DNA of 64,000 nt, from contig CAXBMO010000003.1 in assembly GCA_963977015.1 (NCBI GenBank), positions 128,001 to 192,000 of the forward strand, given 5' to 3'. The notes under the pieces are model-generated. The model saw only the letters and a list, made by a program, of their open reading frames with translations. It searched no databases and was not told where the DNA came from. How positions within the stretch are numbered: position 1 is the first letter of the stretch; the number at the start of each line of letters is the position of its first letter. Shown here in pieces: positions 39,024-48,779 of the stretch. Origin of the DNA: an uncultured bacterium (GTDB lineage Bacteria > Verrucomicrobiota > Verrucomicrobiia > Verrucomicrobiales > DEV007). Both the position numbers and the translations under genes were made by a program.

Positions 39024-40259
39024 TCACTCACGAAATCCCAATCCCTGTGATTCCAGCTTCTGATCCGGATTCATCGGGAAGGGCTTGGACGGGATAGGAG
39101 GTGAACCGACAGACACACTTCCCCCGAATGCCGAGGGATCGACTTCGGCAACTTCAACTGCTGAATCAAGGTTCTCCACGGAGAGTCCCTCAAAGGCCAG
39201 GAAATTGGCGACCTCTTCCTTCTTGGCCTCTCGCAAATATTTGTTCCGCATGACGCCCATCAAGCCGGATTCAAGTTGCACCCAACTCCATTCTTTTCCC
39301 TGTCCGTGAATCCGCCCTACCTTGCCACCATCAACTTCCAGCGGGATCGTGTTGTCAGTTCCTGTTTCAATCAGATGAATAGGGGCCCGATTTCGATTAA
39401 CGGCGAGATATCTTAATTCCGAGTTTGGCTGAGGCCCCTCGTCCTGCATCGCCAAAAGTGAGGGACTACTGGGGAGTGTTTCCGGTTTGGTCGGATCGTT
39501 TGCAGGTTTACGATTCCACCCTCGAAAAAGGCTCCGTAAGCCCACACTCTGTTCTGGCGAATGAGGCTTCTCTTCGGTTTGGTTGGAAGGTTTGCTCGCA
39601 AAGACACGTCCCAGCCATCCTTTGTTTCCAAGAGAGGGGTCCACCACTGGGATTTCTGATCCTAATGGGGCTGACAAGGTTTCCATGGTGTTCTGTGAAT
39701 CCTCCATGGGGCGTTCCCCCAAAACCTGAAGCCATTTCTGTTCCGTTTCAGATCCTGCCAGCATTACCTTTTCCTCCTGTTGATTATTCCGGCGTTCGAT
39801 CCCAATGCGAACCAGGATGTTGCTCAGGATCGCTGCAAAGCGGGATGGTTTCCGGGTTTCCGTCACACCCGGATTGCTCGGAGAAGGAGGCGCGATTGAT
39901 TTCTCGGGCTGAGTTGGGAGCTTTCGAATTTCGGCAAGAGGCTCGCTTTTCGTTTGCTCCAAATTCACAAGGTTATCTTCAGTGGCCTCAATCTCCGTCC
40001 TTTTCTTTCTTACGGAAAAATCAAAAGGAGCCGCGATTCTGCGAAGGAGGTTCCGCGATTTCCCGGGATTTGAAAAATTCGCCTCAACGTTGGGTTCCCG
40101 GGGACTCTCCAGATTCTCAATCAGTCGTTGTTCCGCGTTCTCAATCGCAACCGTATGCTCCCGGTTTCCTCGTTCTGCTGCCTTCATTAGTTCCGCGCTG
40201 AACGACAACACAATGAAGGCGAGAAAAAGCTGGCGGAGAAAAGAAAGAGGCTTGTTCAT
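39024..40259 (-). CDS. Secreted disordered protein with C-terminal SH3-like domain (paralog 3)
   Basis: Signal peptide; low-complexity linker; APIHLIE...GGKVGR...WSWVQLESGLMGVMRNKYLR. Confidence 0.75.
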   Translation of the reverse strand: MNKPLSFLRQLFLAFIVLSFSAELMKAAERGNREHTVAIENAEQRLIENLESPREPNVEANFSNPGKSRNLLRRIAAPFDFSVRKKRTEIEATEDNLVNLEQTKSEPLAEIRKLPTQPEKSIAPPSPSNPGVTETRKPSRFAAILSNILVRIGIERRNNQQEEKVMLAGSETEQKWLQVLGERPMEDSQNTMETLSAPLGSEIPVVDPSLGNKGWLGRVFASKPSNQTEEKPHSPEQSVGLRSLFRGWNRKPANDPTKPETLPSSPSLLAMQDEGPQPNSELRYLAVNRNRAPIHLIETGTDNTIPLEVDGGKVGRIHGQGKEWSWVQLESGLMGVMRNKYLREAKKEEVANFLAFEGLSVENLDSAVEVAEVDPSAFGGSVSVGSPPIPSKPFPMNPDQKLESQGLGFRE

Positions 40260-40336
40260 TAACAATTGTTAATAGTTAACCTTTGTAAGGGGTTTGTTTC
40301 AACTTGAATTTGTTGGTTTCTCAGTCAGGGAGTCCT

Positions 40337-41551
40337 CTAGTTCAGGGGCTCAGAACTATTGGTCTTCGGCGGAGAAACGGATCCATCAACCGGCAGTTGA
40401 GGTTCTGCGGAAGGCGACATGCTTCCCGACATCGAGCCGCTCAATGGAAGATCACGCACATCCAAATCCAATTCCATGACGCCGATGGCGGATTCGTGCC
40501 CCGGGCCACTACCCTCTGCGCTCTCGATGGCAAGAAACTCCATGACCTCCTCTCTGCTTGCCGGACGCAGGTGCTTATTTCGCATGACCCCCATCAAACC
40601 GGATTCCAGTTGCAGCCACGCCCATTCCTTGCCCTGCTCTTGAACCCGGCCCACTTTTCCTCCGTCCAGCTCAATCAAAAAGGTCTCGCTGGGGTCGATA
40701 TCGAAGACGTGAAATGGCGCTCCGCGTCCCTCAACTGCGCTGAACTCCATTTGTTTTCCGGTCCTGCTTACCTGACGAATGGGACCCGTTGCTTTCTCCT
40801 GCTCCCTTTCCGCAGTTGGATCTGTTTCAGACTTTCGCGAGGTTCGAGCGCGATTGGGATTGCGGGCTAACAGGAGGGCAAGTTTGGGTTCCTTTTCGCC
40901 TGACTTTGCGTTCCCGTTCTCCCCTCTGGCCTTCCGGGAGTCCAGTTTTGCCAAGAGCAAAAATGGCTGCGTGTTTTGGTCGGGTGATTTCTTTGGGACT
41001 GTAACGGGCTGGGGAGTGCTGGGTTTTTGGGGGCTAGTGGCAGGTTTTGGTGTCGGGATCGCCGCCTTGGACGCAATCAGAGTTTGAGGTTCGGTCTGTG
41101 CTTGCCGAAGGAGACGAGCCTTTTCTTCCTGATTTTCTTTTAATACCGCAAGCAGGGTACTACTCGGCGAACGAGCAGATTTGGTGGAGCGGGTTGCGGT
41201 GATGGATCGAAGTCGCTCAACCTCATAAGCAACGTCCATTTTACTGGTTAACTTCCCTTCCACCATTGTGGCGGGAATGAACGGCTTGGCCGGTTCCTGG
41301 TTGGTGAGGATGGCGTCGGCCGGATTAGGGGACGTTGTTGCTGGTGTGCTGTCGCCTTCGTTATCAGATGCGGTGATCTCCAGCGGTAGAATTCGAAAAC
41401 GATCCCGCAAGAAGTTAAGCCCAAGAATCTCACCAAGACTCTTCCGTTCTTGAGCGTTGTCCTCGGAAGTTTCGATCTCCGCACTCCATCCAGAAGCCAT
41501 TGCTGCGAGAGCAATGGCGTAAGCAAGGGTGATGAATTTAAGTTGGTTCAA
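40337..41551 (-). CDS. Secreted disordered protein with C-terminal SH3-like domain (paralog 2)
   Basis: TTG start, signal peptide; APFHVFD...GGKVGR...WAWLQLESGLMGVMRNKHLR. Confidence 0.75.
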   Translation of the reverse strand: MNQLKFITLAYAIALAAMASGWSAEIETSEDNAQERKSLGEILGLNFLRDRFRILPLEITASDNEGDSTPATTSPNPADAILTNQEPAKPFIPATMVEGKLTSKMDVAYEVERLRSITATRSTKSARSPSSTLLAVLKENQEEKARLLRQAQTEPQTLIASKAAIPTPKPATSPQKPSTPQPVTVPKKSPDQNTQPFLLLAKLDSRKARGENGNAKSGEKEPKLALLLARNPNRARTSRKSETDPTAEREQEKATGPIRQVSRTGKQMEFSAVEGRGAPFHVFDIDPSETFLIELDGGKVGRVQEQGKEWAWLQLESGLMGVMRNKHLRPASREEVMEFLAIESAEGSGPGHESAIGVMELDLDVRDLPLSGSMSGSMSPSAEPQLPVDGSVSPPKTNSSEPLN

Positions 41552-41596
41552 AAAAAAGGGGGGGCAAGTGTTTGACCAATCGTGCGCACCGAGATT

Positions 41597-43156
41597 TCAC
41601 TCCAGCGGTTCAGCCGCTTTCTCCGTCACGGGCTGTTCTGATTCTTCGGCGGCGGTGACTTCCATGGGTTCACTGGTCGTTTCGGACAGTGAAGGGAGTA
41701 GTCCTTCGCCCAAAAACATTCCGGCATCCGATACTTCTTCGGGAAGCTCTGGGAGATCGATTTCCACAAATTGCACAGGCTCCCGGCTACCGACCCCGGA
41801 GCCTGATTCCATTGCCAGAAAATTCATGACCTCGCTCTGTCTTGCGGGGCGGAGATGTTTTTTGCGCATGAGTCCCATCAGGCCGTCGTGCATTTCGAGC
41901 CAGGTCCAGTTCTCACCCGATCCGTGGGTGCGGCCCACCGCGCCTTGGCCGAGTTCGACCACAAAGGTATCTTCCGGCCCGCTGTCGATCACATGGAACG
42001 GAGCGCTGGAGACATCGATCGTGAAGTAGTTGGGATCGACTGGTCCGTCCGGAACGACTTGTTCCTTCTTGTCTTCCTCTTCCATGCTTTCATCATCAAT
42101 CGCCGCGACTTCGGTCGGTTCCGGCCGCTGCTGAAAGCTCAGCCACTTCTTCCACTTTCGATTGTCGGCTGGTTCTATCGACGCCAATTCAACAGGCGCC
42201 TCTTCTTCCGTGATCAGCTCTTCGTTCTCTTCGACTTCCGTCTCGGCGCTGGGCGGTTCAAAAAGACTCCTCAATCCTCGAAAAGCATATTTCGGGGACG
42301 AACTGGTTTCGTCTGCTTTTTCCTCTGGTTCTGGATCCTCAGCGGCCTCCGCAGATTCTTCCGTCTCCTTCGGCATCTCTGCCGGTTCCTGATTGTAGGA
42401 GACCAGCAAGGCTTCATTCTTCTTCTCGTCGAGATTTTCTTCGACCGACGCCACGGCTTCAACCTCCGGATTAGCCTTCGCAGCCTGGCCTCTCAATAAA
42501 ACGCCCAGCATTCGGGTCCGTGCCGGTTTCCCGTCCTTTGACGGAATTTCCTCCAGAATCGCAACCATCTCTTCCGCTTCCTGCTCTTCGTTAGGTTCAG
42601 GTGCTTTTTTGGTTCGCCACGGGAATCGAGCTTCGGAGACGGGTTCTTCCCCTTCTTCGGCTGGGCCGACATCGGCCACCGGTTCAGAATCAGGGGTGTT
42701 GTCCAGTCTCTCAACATTGGCTTCCTCACCCTCTTCCGGCTTGCTGGCGCGCCCCAAGGAGAAGCGGATGGTTCGGAGTTGCGGTTTGTCCGCCGTTTCC
42801 TGTTCCCTGGGCTCTCGGCGGGGCGCGGCAGTCTCTTTGGGTTGATTGACCGGCATTGGAGTGCCTGGAGTCCAATTGACAACAGCTCCCGTGGATGTCA
42901 CGAGGCGAAATTGCGGCGGCGGAGGTGCGGCCTGGTTTCGCGATGCCGGGTTTGCCGATACCTGCGGTAGGCTCGCGCTTTCCTGTCTCCCGATCTGAAC
43001 CGCCGCATCCTTCGCGGCTTTAAGTTGCCGGGCGCGCTGCAGCGCTGCCTCCTGTTGGCGACGCTCATACTCTTGCAAACCCGGATTCGATTGGGCGGGC
43101 AGCAGTTCGGCGCTGACCCAAAATAGGCAGCAAAGAAGGAGCAGAACAGGGTTCAT
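41597..43156 (-). CDS. Secreted acidic disordered protein with C-terminal SH3-like domain (paralog 1)
   Basis: Signal peptide; E/P-rich linker; APFHVID...GAVGR...WTWLEMHDGLMGLMRKKHLR. Confidence 0.78.
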   Translation of the reverse strand: MNPVLLLLCCLFWVSAELLPAQSNPGLQEYERRQQEAALQRARQLKAAKDAAVQIGRQESASLPQVSANPASRNQAAPPPPQFRLVTSTGAVVNWTPGTPMPVNQPKETAAPRREPREQETADKPQLRTIRFSLGRASKPEEGEEANVERLDNTPDSEPVADVGPAEEGEEPVSEARFPWRTKKAPEPNEEQEAEEMVAILEEIPSKDGKPARTRMLGVLLRGQAAKANPEVEAVASVEENLDEKKNEALLVSYNQEPAEMPKETEESAEAAEDPEPEEKADETSSSPKYAFRGLRSLFEPPSAETEVEENEELITEEEAPVELASIEPADNRKWKKWLSFQQRPEPTEVAAIDDESMEEEDKKEQVVPDGPVDPNYFTIDVSSAPFHVIDSGPEDTFVVELGQGAVGRTHGSGENWTWLEMHDGLMGLMRKKHLRPARQSEVMNFLAMESGSGVGSREPVQFVEIDLPELPEEVSDAGMFLGEGLLPSLSETTSEPMEVTAAEESEQPVTEKAAEPLE

Positions 43157-43254
43157 CGGTGCAGGCTATACCAAAATTTGACTGGTATCGCCAGTTTGAG
43201 TCGCAATTTTTTTAAAGAAATCAAAAGCGGGAATTTCACCGGCTCCACAGATTT

Positions 43255-44475
43255 CTACATAGCCATCTCGTAAATTCGCTGACAGGAATCCCTATTGATC
43301 TCCACCGGATTGAACTGAGCGGTCCATTGGGCCGCTGCTTCCTCGGCCAGTCCGGAAACGTTCTCTTCGGTAACTCCGAGATCACGGGCGGTTTTGTTCA
43401 AGCCGGACTTTTTGAGCAAGTCGAGGACTCGTTCTTCCAGTTGGGGATGGAGAGACTGATAAATTTTCGCCACCTCAGGGGCTTGTGAATTCCAGCGGAT
43501 CACATGTGGTAGCATCGTTCCCACCGCTTGCCCGTGGATGATTCCAAAATGGGCCGAAAGAGGATTTGCAGTAGAATGGGCGACTCCCAGCATGCTGCTC
43601 TCAATCGCTGTACCGGCGTAAGCGGCACCGAGTTGCATTCTGGCCCGTGCCTCCAAATCGTTGGGATTCGCCAACACTCTTTCAAACCCTTCGTTCAGCA
43701 GGTGGAAGGCAAGTCGGGAATACTGAAGAGAAATGTCGTTCCGCTTTTTGCAGACTGCGGTTTCCACGGCGTGGGCAATTGCGTCGATTCCGGTAAGTGC
43801 GGTGACGCGATTTGGCTGGGTAATGGTGAGTTCAGGATCGAGAATGGCGACCTTCGCGGCAGCTTTTTGATCGCCGCATGCCATTTTCATGTGAGTCGTC
43901 TCATCGGCAATCAAGGCAAAGGACTGGCACTCGGATCCGGTTCCTGAGGTGGTTGGAATCGCGATCATCGGGAGCATGGGTTTGGTGGCCTTTCCAACGC
44001 CCCAATAGTCCTTCATCTCGCCGCCATTGGTTAAGATGAAGTTGCAGCCCTTCGCGGTGTCCATACTGGAACCACCTCCCAATCCCACGATCAAATCCAC
44101 ATCCCCTTCCCTTGCGACACGGACGGCGCGCTCGACGTCCTTGGTGGTTGGGTTCTCCCGGACCTCGTCGAAGACAAGCACTTCGAGACCGGCTTCCTCC
44201 AGGTAGGCGATGGTTCTTGATTCGTGTCCAACAGCCCTCAGGCCCGGGTCGGTTACCAGAAGTGTCCGTTTGCCGCCAAGCTCCTTCGCCTTTACTCCGA
44301 GCTGTGCAAGCGAGCCCGCACCAAAGACGAGTTCGCCGCCAGGCAAATGCCCGAAATGGGCGACTGACCGCTCAACATCAAAATCTCCAACAAGCGCCTC
44401 GATGCTGATTGCCTTCGACTCCGTGGCATTTGGCTCACCACGAGGTCTGAACAAGGCGTTGAAAAGGCGCTTCAA
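43255..44475 (-). CDS. Iron-containing alcohol dehydrogenase
   Basis: GGGSSMDTAK, PTTSGTGSE, DAIAHAVE, GVAH, HGQAV. Confidence 0.93.
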   Translation of the reverse strand: MKRLFNALFRPRGEPNATESKAISIEALVGDFDVERSVAHFGHLPGGELVFGAGSLAQLGVKAKELGGKRTLLVTDPGLRAVGHESRTIAYLEEAGLEVLVFDEVRENPTTKDVERAVRVAREGDVDLIVGLGGGSSMDTAKGCNFILTNGGEMKDYWGVGKATKPMLPMIAIPTTSGTGSECQSFALIADETTHMKMACGDQKAAAKVAILDPELTITQPNRVTALTGIDAIAHAVETAVCKKRNDISLQYSRLAFHLLNEGFERVLANPNDLEARARMQLGAAYAGTAIESSMLGVAHSTANPLSAHFGIIHGQAVGTMLPHVIRWNSQAPEVAKIYQSLHPQLEERVLDLLKKSGLNKTARDLGVTEENVSGLAEEAAAQWTAQFNPVEINRDSCQRIYEMAM

Positions 44476-44480
44476 TGGAA

Positions 44481-45917
44481 TTAGGCGATGTTTTCAATCT
44501 GGAAGGAACGGCGAGCATACAGAAACTCGAACAGATTCCCCTCATGCGGTTGGTCCCATTTGAGGCGATTCGTCGGGACATTGCCCACATTCAGTCGGTC
44601 AATCGTTGGATGGGCAAAGAGCTTGTTGATCCACTCAAGATCCCGAGTGATGGCCGTGCAGACGAGAGATTTTCCAATGTGGCCGATCATTTCTTCCTGT
44701 GGAGCCTCAATCACCGATGCGAAAGGAAACAAGAATTCGCGAATCGCGAGTTCATGGTCCCAGTCTGGAACGCGCACAATCGTGGGGAGAAGGTAATTCA
44801 TGCCATCCCTTTGTTGATAGCGGTCGGTGCCGCGCAATTCGGCGGAAACATCCCGTGCCCCGTCTTTCAAGCCACTCTCCACCGCATCATTGATCCAATC
44901 CGCCATTTTGGGATTCGCAAATCCGCTCAATTTGGCTTCAGGATCGTCTTGCGCCTTGGGCTCGATCGCCAGCAGTTTCTTCGCAACCGCTTCCGCGATT
45001 TCGTCCCCATATTTCGGTGTGACAATGACGGAAACATTGATGCAGCTTCTCCCTGAATTGGCGCTGACGGACTCAACGATGGTATCGACGTATTTTTCCC
45101 AATTCTCGACCTCATCCTCGCCGATCAGGATCTTGGAGTAGCCGGTACCGTGAACCTCGATCCGGGGATCATGCTCGTATTGCAGGACCGTGTCGTCCCC
45201 TCCAAACAGCATCACCCTGCCGGCGCGCCGGATAATCGCTCCGGATCCATCATGTTGGGTGGGGTAAAAGCTAAAGGCTTCCGGAGGTGCTCCGGCTTTC
45301 TTCATCGCCTCGATGATTCGAATCGGGGTCCAGGGTTCCTCTCGTCCCGGCTTGAGAACCACGGGCACTTTCAGCGCAATCGACGGCGCCCAGAGGGCAT
45401 TCACGGCCGGTGAGTTGGAGGGAAGGATCACCCCAAGGCAATCCGTTAACGCGGCGAAACTGACGGGTGCGCCATTCTGTTCGCCATAACCCTTGTCGAG
45501 AATATTAAGATCCAACCCTCTCGTCAGGCCCTTGAGAATGACATCCGTCTGCGCCATGACGCCATGAAGTCGCTTGTGATTCATCCGAATCAGGCTGTGC
45601 GGCAGGCCGCTGGTCATGGCCAATTGCATCACATAGTCCTCAGGACTCTGCATGTCGCCATTGCAGCCGACCGGTAACGTGTCATTCAGAAAGATATCCG
45701 CCGCATTTTTGCAGATCTCGAGTAGTTCGGAGCATTTGAATTGGTTGAGCGCCTTGCGGGCTTCGCCGATTTTCAGGAGATCATGCTTGATCATGTCGGC
45801 GCATGCAAAGCTGACCTCCGCGGCGTCCTTATCACCGGCGACGTTGGTGACAACCTGGGTATCCAGGCTCTTGTAGACGCGCCCTTGACGCAAAATGGGG
45901 ATGTGAGGAACACTCAT
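44481..45917 (-). CDS. ALDH-superfamily acyl reductase (LuxC/GriD-like)
   Basis: LPSNSP, KPG.EEP, catalytic Cys in NSGRSCIN, EFLFPF; HGTGYSK in place of ELGGK. Confidence 0.82.
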   Translation of the reverse strand: MSVPHIPILRQGRVYKSLDTQVVTNVAGDKDAAEVSFACADMIKHDLLKIGEARKALNQFKCSELLEICKNAADIFLNDTLPVGCNGDMQSPEDYVMQLAMTSGLPHSLIRMNHKRLHGVMAQTDVILKGLTRGLDLNILDKGYGEQNGAPVSFAALTDCLGVILPSNSPAVNALWAPSIALKVPVVLKPGREEPWTPIRIIEAMKKAGAPPEAFSFYPTQHDGSGAIIRRAGRVMLFGGDDTVLQYEHDPRIEVHGTGYSKILIGEDEVENWEKYVDTIVESVSANSGRSCINVSVIVTPKYGDEIAEAVAKKLLAIEPKAQDDPEAKLSGFANPKMADWINDAVESGLKDGARDVSAELRGTDRYQQRDGMNYLLPTIVRVPDWDHELAIREFLFPFASVIEAPQEEMIGHIGKSLVCTAITRDLEWINKLFAHPTIDRLNVGNVPTNRLKWDQPHEGNLFEFLYARRSFQIENIA

Positions 45918-45926
45918 GGCGCCGAC

Positions 45927-47144
45927 TTAGTAAACTCCTTCGATGATCTTCTTCTCAAGGAACCCGAATGGCCTTACGTCGCCAACTCCATCCCAGGCAA
46001 ACTTCGCATGAGGCTTCCGGCGGATTGCTTCATCCCGCTCCAAGAATCGCGGCATGAAGAATTCCTTGGTGAGAGTCGTGAGTTCCACGCGCCCGTATTC
46101 TCCGTAGTCCCGCGTGACTTCCGTTTTCTCGGGATCAACAATTCGCAAAATGGCACGGGGCTGTGGAGCCCAATAGGTGACCGAGTAGTCATTCTGGGGC
46201 AGCTCCTCGGGCACGCTCATCGCGAGCCCCATCAAAGTGTTTCCGTAAGTGGGAACGAACAGGGATTTTCCTTCGAGGACTTCCTCCTGAAGAAAGCGAA
46301 CATATTCCGGCGTCATTGAAGTTCCGCCACAGAAGCACCCCTTGATTCCATGATCGGGGATCGAGATGCGTTCGCCAATCGAGGCGAGCAGCTTCGGGGT
46401 CGTGAAAATGCAGGAAATGTCGCGATGCTTGATGATCTCAACCGCCTGGTTCATGACGTGGGCCTGGTAGCGCTCCACCTCATCCAATTGTTTGCGGCCA
46501 ATGAGTCGCTTCACCCAACGCGGGTCGAGATCGACGTGATAGCAGCTTCCCCCGCGGTAGTTGGCCAGATGCTCCACCGCAAGACGCAGGCGCCGCGGTC
46601 CGGTAGGTCCAACCATGATCCAATTTCCTCCCTTCGGAAAAAACTCGTCACTCAGGTTGTCGCCGAACTGCTCGTAGTCGTGCTTGTAATCGTCCCAACC
46701 GACGCGTTGCTTTGGCAGTCCGGTTGTCCCTCCCGTTTCGAAGACATTGAATGGTCTTCCGCCCATTCCTTTTGGCACGAATCGCTCGTTCTTCTCATCG
46801 CGAAGCCACTCGTCCTGAAAGTGATCGAACTTGATAATATCCTCGTAAGTTTTGATTTCTTCGCGAGGATCCCATCCTGATTTCTGTTTCCATTCCAACC
46901 AAAACGGACAACCGGTTTCATCGGAGAAATGCCAGTTGATCACCTCACGAAGGTGGTCATTCAGTTCGCTCCTGGCTTTGTCCACCGGATCTGACGAGGT
47001 GGATTCTGTGGGATTTGGGGTGTCGATCACAATCGGTGTTTGTTTTTCGTTTTCTGCTTCCGGTTCCGCTCCTGCTGCGGCTGACAATCCGCCTCCGTTG
47101 GGGGCAGCGTCTTCAGTTGATTTCTTTTTGCCGAGACCAAACAT
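45927..47144 (-). CDS. Adenylate-forming enzyme of the EhpF/GriC (PaaK/LuxE-like) family
   Basis: WHFS.ETG.PFW, ETGGTTGLPK, GPTGP, DLDPRWVK, YGNT, RV.LT.L..E.F.P..LERD. Confidence 0.82.
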   Translation of the reverse strand: MFGLGKKKSTEDAAPNGGGLSAAAGAEPEAENEKQTPIVIDTPNPTESTSSDPVDKARSELNDHLREVINWHFSDETGCPFWLEWKQKSGWDPREEIKTYEDIIKFDHFQDEWLRDEKNERFVPKGMGGRPFNVFETGGTTGLPKQRVGWDDYKHDYEQFGDNLSDEFFPKGGNWIMVGPTGPRRLRLAVEHLANYRGGSCYHVDLDPRWVKRLIGRKQLDEVERYQAHVMNQAVEIIKHRDISCIFTTPKLLASIGERISIPDHGIKGCFCGGTSMTPEYVRFLQEEVLEGKSLFVPTYGNTLMGLAMSVPEELPQNDYSVTYWAPQPRAILRIVDPEKTEVTRDYGEYGRVELTTLTKEFFMPRFLERDEAIRRKPHAKFAWDGVGDVRPFGFLEKKIIEGVY

Positions 47145-47180
47145 GGCTCTAGTTCAATCAATCTCAAATTCGGTGGCCGC

Positions 47181-48758
47181 TTACGGGAAGAACTTGGCCA
47201 CGGTTTCATCACTTGGCGGTTTCGTCGCCAATGATCCAGCAATCATGGCCACGGCTCCGACCAACCACATGATAGCGACGGGTTTGATGCCGCCTCCAAA
47301 GGTGTATTCTCCGCCAAACCCCGAGACGACAAAGAAGATCAGCCAAGTGACAGTGACGGAAATCACGCAGGCGTAGGCACCCGCACGGGTGGCGCGTCTC
47401 CAGTAAAGGGCCGCAATCACCAGAGGGGTCAGCGCTGCGAAGCCCGAGAAACTCCAGATGGCCAGGTCAAAGACGTTCTGAACTTCTCTCAGGGCGAGCG
47501 AGAGAATAAAGGTGATCAGCACAATCCCGACAACAAAGCCTCTGGCGATGAGCAGGATTTGATTGTCGGTGTATTTCCTTTTGGCGTTGTGGAGGACAAT
47601 GTCGTTGGTGAACATCGTGCCCAAACACAGGAATTGGCTATCCAATGATGACATGATTGCTGCCAGGATTCCTGCCGTCACGAGCCCCACAACAATCGGA
47701 TTGGCCACCAAACCCTTGAGGGTCAGACTCAAGACAGCCCCCACGCTCGCATCCGGCAAGCCCTTGAGAAATGCCAATGGAGGCTTCGCAAACGCCTCGT
47801 TTCCTTCGACAAACCCACCGGTCGCCCAAAGCCCGATCAAGACACAGGGCACCCAGACGATCATGATACAAATCGGATGGGCAATGACCGTAAGCTTGAA
47901 TGCCTGGGCGCTTCTTGCCGTGAGCCAGTGCTGGAACAAGTGCGGAAACATTCCAACACTCAGGGGGATAAACATATAGGTCAGAAACATCAGTGGCGGC
48001 ACGCCGACTTCTCGGAGAAAGGTCCCTTCCTTGGTGACCACTTCGATTTCGGATGGCGTTCGCACCAGGTGCGCTGGGTTTGCCTGCTCGATTGCTGCCT
48101 GCAGTCCTCCCAATCCCTTCGAAATCAGCGTGAACGCAAGCACGCCCATGATCATGAAAACGATCGTTTGAAAGGTGTTGGCCCAGGCGGCGGCTCGTGA
48201 ACCACCGGCAAAAATATAGGTCAGAACCACCCCGCAGATCACCAAACCGATGAGCCAAGGTGGCAGTGAGCCGTCAGGCATGCCCATTCCCGGGAACAAG
48301 CCGCGTGATAGCGGTCCCAATACCCGGTAGGAGCCGATGACGCCGATCAGGAGGTAAGGGATGACGAGGAGCACCAAAATCGGAAACAGCAGGTAGCCGA
48401 AGGTGCTTGATTCGAATCTTCCCCTGAAAAACTGGATCTGCGTCACGTAGCCGTGGCGCTTCCCGATTGCCCAGAGTTTGATGCCGATGAAGAAGAAGCA
48501 GGCTGCATGAATCAGGCCGGAGGAGGAGGCCATTAATCCATAGGTGCCGACTCCCCGCTGAAACGCTTTTCCGGTGGAACCAACGAGGGCGAAGGCAGTC
48601 ATGGTCGTCCCGAAAACGGACATCAACAGCATGAACGGGCCGATCGAGTGGCTGGCGACAAAGTAGTCCTTGCTCGTCCCGCGGAAGAACGTTTTGGAGA
48701 AAAGGGCCAGCCCCAGGAGCAGCCCCAGATAAATCGCGATAACGATGATCGATTGCAT
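47181..48758 (-). CDS. Sodium:solute symporter family protein
   Basis: About 13 TM helices; DYFVA, PHLFQ, AAIMSSLDS, LYWRRAT. Confidence 0.92.
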   Translation of the reverse strand: MQSIIVIAIYLGLLLGLALFSKTFFRGTSKDYFVASHSIGPFMLLMSVFGTTMTAFALVGSTGKAFQRGVGTYGLMASSSGLIHAACFFFIGIKLWAIGKRHGYVTQIQFFRGRFESSTFGYLLFPILVLLVIPYLLIGVIGSYRVLGPLSRGLFPGMGMPDGSLPPWLIGLVICGVVLTYIFAGGSRAAAWANTFQTIVFMIMGVLAFTLISKGLGGLQAAIEQANPAHLVRTPSEIEVVTKEGTFLREVGVPPLMFLTYMFIPLSVGMFPHLFQHWLTARSAQAFKLTVIAHPICIMIVWVPCVLIGLWATGGFVEGNEAFAKPPLAFLKGLPDASVGAVLSLTLKGLVANPIVVGLVTAGILAAIMSSLDSQFLCLGTMFTNDIVLHNAKRKYTDNQILLIARGFVVGIVLITFILSLALREVQNVFDLAIWSFSGFAALTPLVIAALYWRRATRAGAYACVISVTVTWLIFFVVSGFGGEYTFGGGIKPVAIMWLVGAVAMIAGSLATKPPSDETVAKFFP

Positions 48759-48779
48759 AGGTGGATTCGCGATTTGGAA

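Noticed and set aside
43255-45917. Bacterial microcompartment locus (ALDH plus ADH)
   Set aside because: No BMC shell or vertex genes, phosphotransacylase or kinase are present.
44481-47144. Bioluminescence (lux) or phenazine biosynthesis cluster
   Set aside because: No luxAB/luxD or phzA/B/D/E/F/G homologs in the window; only the reductase-like pair is present.
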